The notes beneath the pieces were generated by a model. The model had not been told where the DNA came from. It saw only the letters and a list, made by a program, of their open reading frames with translations, and did no database searches. From NCBI GenBank assembly GCA_051013385.1, contig CP143273.1, positions 1,344,001 to 1,408,000 of the forward strand: 64,000 nucleotides of DNA, written 5' to 3'. Below, piece by piece: positions 1 through 8,186 of the stretch. The translations under genes were made by a program, and so were the position numbers. The stretch is from Phormidium sp. (lineage in GTDB: Bacteria > Cyanobacteriota > Cyanobacteriia > Cyanobacteriales > Aerosakkonemataceae). Position 1 is the first letter of the stretch. Each line of letters begins with the position of its first letter.

Positions 1-654
1 AATACCCCAGTAAGCTATCCGCAAATTTAAATGCTTGCCAATGATTTCTAATTCTAAAATCAAAGTCGGTTCAAATTTCAGAATTTCAAATAAACCTTTG
101 ATGCTAGTCTCTTGCTCAAATTCCTGAGTTTTCCAAGCGTTAGCAATAAATTCAACAGGTCTTTCTTGGCTGTTTAAAGGGTAGTTTTGACAAATAAATT
201 CTCTTAAACCTTGCGCCAAATTTAGTTCCCAGTTGGCTATTTTTTCCAGTGCGTTATCATTACCTTGAATCTTGATTGGTGCGAGGAAGATGCGTAAAGG
301 TTTAGGTGCATTATTCGGCGGATTACTTAAAAATTGAGAAGGCAGTAATTTTAAAGGCCAATTAGCAATAAATTTCTGGTGTTCCGGGTACTTTTGGGCA
401 ATTTCTCGTCCCGCATCTACTAATTGTAAAACTGTTTCTCGATGATAAGCTGCTATTTCCTGTTCCCGTCGCCACCTTGGCAAATTGCGATTTTCGGGAG
501 ATTTTTCCCTTTCTTGCTGAGATTTAACCTGGTTAACTTCTTTAGCTTGTTCGTGCTTAATTACTGCTAATCTTTCCTCTTGTAAGGCTGTGAATATTTG
601 TGCGATCGCTGGTAAACCCTGGACTAGTAACTGTAAACCTAGCTCCAGTTCCAT
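1..654 (-). CDS. Partial CDS (3' end off window): hypothetical protein with a cyanobacterial N-terminal domain often fused to repeat/effector domains
   Basis: Hand translation: ATG at 654 with GGAGAGG upstream; open to the window edge; MELELGLQLL...WPLKLLP...PLRIFLAP...EPTLILELE...LRIAYWG. Absent from the ORF track because it is truncated. Confidence 0.7.
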   Translation of the reverse strand, partial: MELELGLQLLVQGLPAIAQIFTALQEERLAVIKHEQAKEVNQVKSQQEREKSPENRNLPRWRREQEIAAYHRETVLQLVDAGREIAQKYPEHQKFIANWPLKLLPSQFLSNPPNNAPKPLRIFLAPIKIQGNDNALEKIANWELNLAQGLREFICQNYPLNSQERPVEFIANAWKTQEFEQETSIKGLFEILKFEPTLILELEIIGKHLNLRIAYWGI

Positions 655-825
655 AAATTCCTCTCCAATTAACGTATAATTAAGATAAAATATTGCCTAC
701 TTTTTGGCAAGCTTTCCCAATCATATCTTTTAATTGCACAATCCTGGTTAAGGATAAGTTAACAGGAAAAATTATCGCTTTTTCCTGACTCCAAAGCAAT
801 CAAAAAATAAATACTAATTTCCGGT

Positions 826-1275
826 TTACTTGACATTGATTTCTTGAGAAAATGCCAATGCTGCTTCATAAGCAACTTGGTAATCTTTACCGCCTAACAT
901 TACTTCGCCATAATACTCATAAGGCATTGCACCATAAACCGGAAGAGGGTTATCTTCTGGATAATCTTCCTTCGCTTCTTCCACTGCGGCTATTAGTTGC
1001 TTCACAGTCAAACAATGTGCGGGAAAATAATACAGTTCTTCCGCCTGTTTATCCCAAAGGGTAAAAGATGGATCGACAACATGATTATCCAACTCGATCC
1101 AGCTATGTTCGATCGGAGGTAAACCTTCTCCCGCCACAACTAAAAAACCTTGGACATAAGTACAATTAGGATACAGTAACGCCGCTTTATAAGCATTTTC
1201 AAAAGCATTCTTAGCCAACTTCTTCAGAGATTGACCAACTTGGATTGAAAGAGTAGCATCTAACAGTTTATTCAT
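826..1275 (-). CDS. Hypothetical protein
   Basis: 149 aa ORF with normal globular composition, co-directional with its neighbours; function not recognised. Confidence 0.7.
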   Translation of the reverse strand: MNKLLDATLSIQVGQSLKKLAKNAFENAYKAALLYPNCTYVQGFLVVAGEGLPPIEHSWIELDNHVVDPSFTLWDKQAEELYYFPAHCLTVKQLIAAVEEAKEDYPEDNPLPVYGAMPYEYYGEVMLGGKDYQVAYEAALAFSQEINVK

Positions 1276-1429
1276 GGCGATTAGTCTAACATTTTTTCTT
1301 AAATTATAAACAATAACCAGCAGAAAAACCCGAAAAAATATTGACTGTTGCTAGCATCAATATTTCGCCAACCACAGTCAACATTAAAAGTAAAAATTTC
1401 CAACTTATTGTTGCTGAAATTGATGTAAA

Positions 1430-2170
1430 TTACAGATTCTGAGAGCTTAAATACTCAGCTAAAGCTTCCGAGCCACCAATCAATTTGCCGTCAATAAATA
1501 CCTGGGGTACAGTTTTTGCACCAGTCACAGCTTGCAAAGAACGGGTAGTGATATCTTTGCCTAAAACAATTTCTTCAAAAGCAATTCCCCTGTCTTTCAA
1601 AGCAGCTTTAGCACGAGCACAATAAGGACAACCAACTTTGGTAAACAGGGAAACTAAGTTAGGTTTCGCTGCTTGAGGGTTGATGTATTTCAACATAGTT
1701 TCTGCATCAGAAACTTCAAAAGGATCGCCTTCTACTTCTGGTTCAATAAACATCTTTTCGATTACTCCATCTTTGACTAACATAGAGTAACGCCAAGACC
1801 TTTTACCAAAACCTAAGTCTCTTTTGTCTACTAACATTCCCATGCCTTCACTAAATTCTCCATTGCCATCGGGAATGAATTTAATATTTTCTGCCTGTTG
1901 ATCTTTCTGCCACTCTTCCATTACAAAAGGGTCATTTACCGAGATACAGATAATGTCATCGACCCCATTTTTTTGGAAAGTTGTGTACAGTTCATTGTAA
2001 CCAGGAACGTGAGTAGAAGAACAAGTGGGAGTGAAAGCACCGGGAAGAGCAAAAACCGCAACTGTTTTCCCTGCAAACAATTCATCAGTTGTTATATCCA
2101 ACCATTGACCATCTTTACGAGTTCTAAAAGTTACATTGGGAACTCTTTCCCCTTCTCGGCTTTTCAACAT
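1430..2170 (-). CDS. Hybrid peroxiredoxin (Prx5-type)-glutaredoxin, glutathione-dependent peroxidase
   Basis: PGAFTPTCS peroxidatic motif, VNDPFVM, RSWRYSM; C-terminal glutaredoxin with CPYC and TVPQVFI. Confidence 0.93.
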   Translation of the reverse strand: MLKSREGERVPNVTFRTRKDGQWLDITTDELFAGKTVAVFALPGAFTPTCSSTHVPGYNELYTTFQKNGVDDIICISVNDPFVMEEWQKDQQAENIKFIPDGNGEFSEGMGMLVDKRDLGFGKRSWRYSMLVKDGVIEKMFIEPEVEGDPFEVSDAETMLKYINPQAAKPNLVSLFTKVGCPYCARAKAALKDRGIAFEEIVLGKDITTRSLQAVTGAKTVPQVFIDGKLIGGSEALAEYLSSQNL

Positions 2171-2399
2171 TATTCCTATCTCCTGATTTGGTTAGGTTTT
2201 GCTGATAATAGCACGATTTTGTGAAGCATTATTTGTTACTAACACATCACTGCGATCGCACACCATTACCGCAACTGTCAAACAAAAACAGTTGTTGCTG
2301 ATTAGTTTAATTCAAAAATGTAAAAAGCGGGGAAAAATTTTTTGTATAATGAGTGAGTTATCCTTAGCTGCGTTGTGTAAACAGTAAAGGCAAAAATCT

Positions 2400-3080
2400 A
2401 TGGCGCGAGGCGATCAAATCTATGCCATGAGACACTTTATCAACATTAAAGGCGTTTACGAACATCATGGTATTGACTGCGGCGATGGTACAGCTATTCA
2501 TTACCGCAAACCTAGCGAAACAATTGAACGCACCTCTTTAGAAACTCTCTCTCAAGGTGGGATAATCTATGTCAAAAAATACCAAACTTCTTTCATTCCC
2601 GATGTGGTTGTGCATCGCGCCGAAAGTCGTTTAGGAGAGAGAAAATATAATCTACTTTTTAATAACTGCGAACATTTTGCTACTTGGTGTAAAACCGGAA
2701 TAAACTACAGCCAACAGGTAGTAGATTTTATTCCCATGTTACGTTATATCGATGTAGATACTTTAACTGAACCTATGAACCGTTCTTTAGAAGCAACTCC
2801 AAAAGCTCGAACTATTCAGTTAGTTGAAGAAGCTCTTTCCCAAATCCGCACTACTTGGAATAACATCCAGCCTCAGTATACCCAAACTCTCAAAGAAATG
2901 AATGACTGGGAAAAAGTAGCCAAGGAAGCTTTGAAGCGAAACCGGGAAGATTTAGCCAGAGCAGCATTATACAGAAAGCAAAAGTACAAACAACAAGCTG
3001 CTCAACAGGAAGAAATGCTGCAAAAGTTAGCGAGAATGACGCAAAATCTGATCGAAAGCCAGCGAGAAAATCAAAAATAA
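2400..3080 (+). CDS. LRAT/NC-domain (permuted NlpC/P60) protein with PspA-like coiled-coil C-terminus
   Basis: YEHHGI H-box and YNLLFNNCEHF motif; C-terminal WEKVAKEALKRNREDLARAAL resembles a PspA/Vipp1 helix. Confidence 0.85.
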   Translation: MARGDQIYAMRHFINIKGVYEHHGIDCGDGTAIHYRKPSETIERTSLETLSQGGIIYVKKYQTSFIPDVVVHRAESRLGERKYNLLFNNCEHFATWCKTGINYSQQVVDFIPMLRYIDVDTLTEPMNRSLEATPKARTIQLVEEALSQIRTTWNNIQPQYTQTLKEMNDWEKVAKEALKRNREDLARAALYRKQKYKQQAAQQEEMLQKLARMTQNLIESQRENQK

Positions 3081-3610
3081 GTGAACTAAAATCGAAGTTG
3101 GCAGCAATTTGCTTTGTGATTAATCGCTCGAATCTGCAATAATTAAAGTTAACCAGAGGTAACAGGTAATTATAATTTTAATTTATAATTAAACCTCGGA
3201 TTGTTTGGATAAATAAATCAATAGCTGATTTAGGAAGCAAAATTATCGCTAAAGATTCTCAATTATTAAACCTACTTGCGTTATTTGGGAAATTTGGTAT
3301 CATGGTGTACAAAGGTTATTTTGGATTTTTCTGACTGAAAATCGGTCAAGGTAACGAGAGAATCAAAGTTACAGCCACAAACTACCGAAAACGCCGGACT
3401 AAAATTATCCGTTTTTTGCCTTCTCGATCGACAAGTTTTTTCCACTCCGAAACATCCTCCCGAAACAGCATCTTGACAAAATGCCGAATTTGTGTATTGG
3501 CAGTAAGTGGTTTTTTAACCACAGATATCCACAGATGAACGCAGATAAACGCAGATGTAGATGTAGGTTTTTGGTGGGGTGGATGGGGGTGGGTGCGATC
3601 GCGCAGACGA

Positions 3611-4921
3611 TTAACCACCCCGATACTGGACGCGATAAATCCGGTTATTCGCTTCTTCAGTAAATAGTAAACTACCATCAGGAAGTACTAGCACTCCGAC
3701 CGGACGACCCCAAACTGTTGGTACTTTTGGATTTAACAAAAACCCGGTGAGGAAATCTTCGTAATCACCGACTGGACGATCGTTATTAAAAGGAACAAAT
3801 ACTATTTTATAACCTGTTCCTTGGTCACGATTCCAAGAACCCCGAAAAGCGACAAATGCACCGTTGCGATATTTTTGGGGAAAGGTTTTGCCATCATAAA
3901 ATTGTAGTCCCAAGGCGGCGGAATGAGCTTGGAAAAGGACATCGGGGGTTTGAGTTTTAGCGGCTAAGTCGGGGCGATCGCTTTTTCCATTTGTAGTTCG
4001 GCGAGGGTCAAGTTTATTGGGTGTCAAATAAGCAAAAGGCCAACCGTAAAACTCTCCCTGTCGAATCCGGGTGAGAAAATCTGGAACTAAATCATCGCCA
4101 ATTCCATCTCGTTCATTAACAGTTGTATAAAGTTCTTTGGTTTGGGGATGAAAATCTAAACCAACAGGATTTCGCAACCCAAAAGCAAAAGTTTGCCGAT
4201 TTGAACCATCCAAATTCATCACTTGCACTGATGCTCTGGGTAATTCTTCCACATCGACGTTAGAACGGGAACCAACGGAAACATACAACTTTTTCCCATC
4301 AGGAGAAACGACAACGTTACGAGTCCAATGTTGACGATAACCGCCGGGAGTTAGGTCGGTAATTTTTTGCCCTTTTCCGGGAATTTCCTGCTGACCTTTT
4401 TGATAAGGGAAGCGGAGAACTTCGTTAGTATTACCGACAAAAAAGCTGTTTCCCGCAAAAGCCATACCAAAGGGAATATTTAACCCGTTTTCTGCGGTGG
4501 CGAAACTTTTCCTAACATCTGCTACCCCGTCGCCGTTGGTATCTCGTAATAGGAGAATGCGATTTGCGGGAGTTTCTGTAACTAATACTTCGCCGTTGGG
4601 AGTTAATGCTAACCAACGAGGGGCGTTAAGATTTTCGGCAAAAACATTGACGACAAAACCATTGGGAACTCGCAAGGTTGGGTTGGCGGGAATGGGAACG
4701 ACTTGAGGAGATTTAGAGGCGCTTTGGGTGGCGAAAGGTTTGGGTAGAGAGTTAATGTTAATGCGGATGGGTTGGGGGGAAAGGGTTTGAGTTTGTAATG
4801 CTTTGTTAGTTGCTGGTTTAGTTTGTTTTGCCGAGGGGGTTTCCCCGGAGTTGGCGGTAAAGTTGCAAGCAGTTGTCGTGGTAATTAAAGTTGTTAATAG
4901 TAACAGTTTACAGAGTTTCAT
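3611..4921 (-). CDS. PQQ-dependent glucose/sorbosone dehydrogenase family lipoprotein
   Basis: Lipobox-like TTAC; GLRNPVGLDF, VNERDGIGDDLVPD, GSWNR motifs. Confidence 0.88.
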   Translation of the reverse strand: MKLCKLLLLTTLITTTTACNFTANSGETPSAKQTKPATNKALQTQTLSPQPIRININSLPKPFATQSASKSPQVVPIPANPTLRVPNGFVVNVFAENLNAPRWLALTPNGEVLVTETPANRILLLRDTNGDGVADVRKSFATAENGLNIPFGMAFAGNSFFVGNTNEVLRFPYQKGQQEIPGKGQKITDLTPGGYRQHWTRNVVVSPDGKKLYVSVGSRSNVDVEELPRASVQVMNLDGSNRQTFAFGLRNPVGLDFHPQTKELYTTVNERDGIGDDLVPDFLTRIRQGEFYGWPFAYLTPNKLDPRRTTNGKSDRPDLAAKTQTPDVLFQAHSAALGLQFYDGKTFPQKYRNGAFVAFRGSWNRDQGTGYKIVFVPFNNDRPVGDYEDFLTGFLLNPKVPTVWGRPVGVLVLPDGSLLFTEEANNRIYRVQYRGG

Positions 4922-5026
4922 TATATCAAGCCTTAATTAATCTAAGTTTCTGAGAAACCAGATATTTTTCTCGGAAATCTCCTAAAGTATGAGAATCCGA
5001 AACAGATTAACTCAAGAAACTTACTA

Positions 5027-6142
5027 GTGCAGATGCGTTTAACCTCTCTGGATGTGTTTCGCGGTATTGCGATCGCAGGTATGATCCAAGTCAATACGGC
5101 GAGTCTAGGAAAAGTATATCCTTTCTTAAGTCACGCTGACTGGAATGGCTGCACTTTGGCAGATTTAGTTTTTCCCTTTTTCCTATTCATCCTCGGTGTG
5201 GCGATGTCTTTTTCTCTTTCTAAGTACACCAATGGAAAGCATGCCACAACATCGGTCTATAGACGGATTTTTCGCCGGAGTATCATCCTTTTTGCTTTAG
5301 GTTTGTTGCTGAATGGCTTTTGGAATTACGACTTTAGTAATATCAGAATTATGGGGGTGTTACAGCGAATAGCTTTAGCTTATTTATTCGCCGCTTTAGC
5401 GATTCTGAAATTGCCCAAAAAAGGTTTGTGGGTATTGACGGTAATTTTACTTGTTGGTTATTGGGGGGCGATGACTTTAATTCCAGTTCCTGATTATGGT
5501 GCAGGGGTGTTAACTAGGGAGGGAAATTTTGGGGCTTGGATCGATCGCCTCATCGTCACTCCCACCCATCTTTATAAAGGAGATGGTTACAACTCAATGG
5601 GAGATCCCGAAGGTTTATTTAGCACTTTACCCGCTGTAGCAACCACACTTTTAGGTTACTTAACTGGCGATTGGCTAGGTAAACAAAATCCCAACTCAAG
5701 AACCAGTATCAATTTAGCATTAATTGGCATTATTTGTCTACTGATTGGTGGGAATTGGAATTTATTATTTCCCATCAACAAAAAGCTGTGGACGAGTTCT
5801 TATGTGTTGTTTACTACTGGATGGGCAATACTTTTATTAGCTGGGTGTTATCAATTAATTGAAGTCCGGGAATTACGCCGTTGGGGAAAACCGTTGGAAG
5901 TTCTGGGATTAAACGCGATTTTCATTTTTGTCGCTTCGGTTTTAGGCTTGAAGCTAATGGCGAAAATTCAAATTGGTACAGGCGAAACTGCCATTAGTGT
6001 CTACAATTGGATTTACCAAAATTGGTTTGTTTCTTGGGCAGGTGAAATGAACGGTTCTTTGCTTTTCGCCAAAATAACTTTGTTATTTTGGTGGGCAGTC
6101 GCTTATTTGATGTATGCTAAACATTGGTTTTTCAAAGTTTAG
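5027..6142 (+). CDS. Heparan-alpha-glucosaminide N-acetyltransferase-like membrane acyltransferase
   Basis: RLTSLDVFRG, ADLVFPFFLF, GVLQRIA, DPEGL, PINKKLWTSS motifs; many TM helices. Confidence 0.88.
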   Translation: MQMRLTSLDVFRGIAIAGMIQVNTASLGKVYPFLSHADWNGCTLADLVFPFFLFILGVAMSFSLSKYTNGKHATTSVYRRIFRRSIILFALGLLLNGFWNYDFSNIRIMGVLQRIALAYLFAALAILKLPKKGLWVLTVILLVGYWGAMTLIPVPDYGAGVLTREGNFGAWIDRLIVTPTHLYKGDGYNSMGDPEGLFSTLPAVATTLLGYLTGDWLGKQNPNSRTSINLALIGIICLLIGGNWNLLFPINKKLWTSSYVLFTTGWAILLLAGCYQLIEVRELRRWGKPLEVLGLNAIFIFVASVLGLKLMAKIQIGTGETAISVYNWIYQNWFVSWAGEMNGSLLFAKITLLFWWAVAYLMYAKHWFFKV

Positions 6143-6256
6143 CATATTTTCCCGATCGACTCTGAGGAGAATTTATTCCCAAATGCTGAAGGGACACAAC
6201 ATCATAAAATCATCTTGGTAATCCAAAATTTCAATGATGTCCTGTCCTTACGCTTT

Positions 6257-7543
6257 TCAACTAGCTGGAATTGCCAAATCTTGAATTACAGGCAAATGGT
6301 CCGATCCAACTTTCCGCCCAGTGTGAATGTTTACTACTTTAATTTCAGGACTTAATAGAGACTGATCGATCGGAATTGATAAGAGAGGAAAAGTAGTGGG
6401 CCAAGAGGGAAGAATGCCGAATCCATAGCGGGCATTTTTCAGGGCGGTTTTCTGAACGAAACCCTTGTAAAATGGCGACCACATGGTAATATTCCAATCT
6501 CCCAGTGCAACCATTGGATGTTTAATTTCTTTGACAAAATCAGTGAGTTCTACCAATTGTTTATTTCGCCGATAAAAACTAGCTTTGCTGGTGGGAATAC
6601 TCAGGTGACTAGCAACTAAAGTAACAATTTGCCCTTTGACTTTTATATCTGTTACAAGAGTTTTTCTGCCGCCACCTAAGTTTTTAATTGCCGGGTTTTC
6701 TAGGGGAATTTTACTGTAGATTGCTGTACCCATATCGGTACTATCTTGATTAGTGAAAGAGTAAGGAAAGCTATCTTTTAAAGCGGTTAACTCTTTCATC
6801 CAAATTTTGCTGACTTCTAGGAAAACTGCGATATCTGGTTTTTCTTCTTTGACTAAGGAAATGACTTGAGGGTAATTTTTATTGTTCCACAAAACATTAG
6901 ATTGCAAGATGCGAATTTGAGAGGCGATCGCACTATTGTTTCCCCATTGAGGTAAATACCAAGGAACTATTTCTCCCAAATTAATGACAAGACAAATCAG
7001 GCTAACAATTGCCCATTTTTGGCGGCGAGTGAGAAGAAAGAAAAATAGGGTACAAAGTCCCACTACTAAGTATTGTAATTTGAAATGGGAAGTCATTTCT
7101 AGAAGGTAATGCAGTTGTCCCAAATAACCAGTAAAAGTTAATAAAGTGACAGAAATTGCCGCTAAGATAAACGCCCAAGGAATCAAAATTTTGAAGTTCG
7201 ATCGCCAACTGAAGTCTTGATGGAGAAATGACCATTTCAATTTGATTTTTAAATCGGTGGAAATGGGTAAGCGATCGATTTTTTCAATCAATTTTTGCTC
7301 TGGCATAAATTGACTGCGTTTTTGACAAAACTTCAACAACAGATGTTCGATCGCTGCTTTGCTGAAAATATTGCTGATCAATCCTAACAGTAGGGAAATG
7401 GCAATTACTCCCCGTCCGCCAAAATGATGATAAATCATGGCTAATGTCAGATAAATATCTGTTTCGTGAGATAGAAACTTGATAATATAAAGTAGCAAAA
7501 CAGGTACGCCAAGAGTGATTAGGTTAATCATTACCTTTTCCAT
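6257..7543 (-). CDS. Membrane-anchored endonuclease/exonuclease/phosphatase (EEP) family protein with extra N-terminal domain
   Basis: LQSNV, FLEV, GDWN, IDQ and GSDHLPV motifs after several TM helices. Confidence 0.85.
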   Translation of the reverse strand: MEKVMINLITLGVPVLLLYIIKFLSHETDIYLTLAMIYHHFGGRGVIAISLLLGLISNIFSKAAIEHLLLKFCQKRSQFMPEQKLIEKIDRLPISTDLKIKLKWSFLHQDFSWRSNFKILIPWAFILAAISVTLLTFTGYLGQLHYLLEMTSHFKLQYLVVGLCTLFFFLLTRRQKWAIVSLICLVINLGEIVPWYLPQWGNNSAIASQIRILQSNVLWNNKNYPQVISLVKEEKPDIAVFLEVSKIWMKELTALKDSFPYSFTNQDSTDMGTAIYSKIPLENPAIKNLGGGRKTLVTDIKVKGQIVTLVASHLSIPTSKASFYRRNKQLVELTDFVKEIKHPMVALGDWNITMWSPFYKGFVQKTALKNARYGFGILPSWPTTFPLLSIPIDQSLLSPEIKVVNIHTGRKVGSDHLPVIQDLAIPAS

Positions 7544-7590
7544 AGTTGTAAATTCTCCATTTGGTGATGATGAAGGTTTTTCGGAATAAT

Positions 7591-7785
7591 TTAATCGCTG
7601 ATAGTTGCCGGAAAAACTAAAGTATTATGATCGGGTTTGGAGAGGGGAAAATTCTCCTCTGAGTTGGCAGCAAAAATAGCTACTAGTAGGCAGATAACTG
7701 TGGTAATGACTACGCCTGTGCTGAAAGACCCAAGAATGTTCAACAATGTCATGGCAATAGATTTAGGTTGCATGGTTGTCCTCAC
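7591..7785 (-). CDS. Small putative membrane protein
   Basis: 64 aa with one hydrophobic segment; GAGG lies upstream of the internal ATG (MQPK), so the start is uncertain. Confidence 0.45.
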   Translation of the reverse strand: MRTTMQPKSIAMTLLNILGSFSTGVVITTVICLLVAIFAANSEENFPLSKPDHNTLVFPATISD

Positions 7786-7933
7786 AGATAAAGTTTTGAC
7801 TCTTATCTGCTTGTCAGGCGGACTGGGATTAACGCTGCGATTTGTTACAAAACTTTATAAAGTAGTGGGAGAAACCGAGTTTCTGGGGAGTTATATCGTT
7901 TACACAAATGATTAATACAAATAGGTAGGGGCA

Positions 7934-8081
7934 CAATACTGCTCGGTTAAGCAAATTTGACTCTGTAGGGGCGAACGCGAGTGCGTGCCGTAGGCATCAG
8001 CATTCGGAGCATAAAATCTAGGGTTTGAGTCATAAATTGTCGCCCGAATGCTTCGCCCCTACTCTTAACCGAGCAGTATTG
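7934..8081. mobile_element. MITE-like element with 18 bp perfect terminal inverted repeats enclosing a REP-like palindrome
   Basis: CAATACTGCTCGGTTAAG (7934-7951) and CTTAACCGAGCAGTATTG (8064-8081); inner GTAGGGGCGAA...TTCGCCCCTAC. Confidence 0.75.
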
Positions 8082-8186
8082 GGTAGGGGCGGGTTTAGCC
8101 AAAATCTTTAATGCTTTCATGAATAAGATCAAAGTCAAAACCCACCCTTTCCCTTATATCTGTAGCAAACATTTAGGTAATTGGTA

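Noticed and set aside
3382..3678. 98 aa minus-strand ORF
   Set aside because: Overlaps the dehydrogenase 3' end and runs through a CAGAT-type repeat; no motif recognised.
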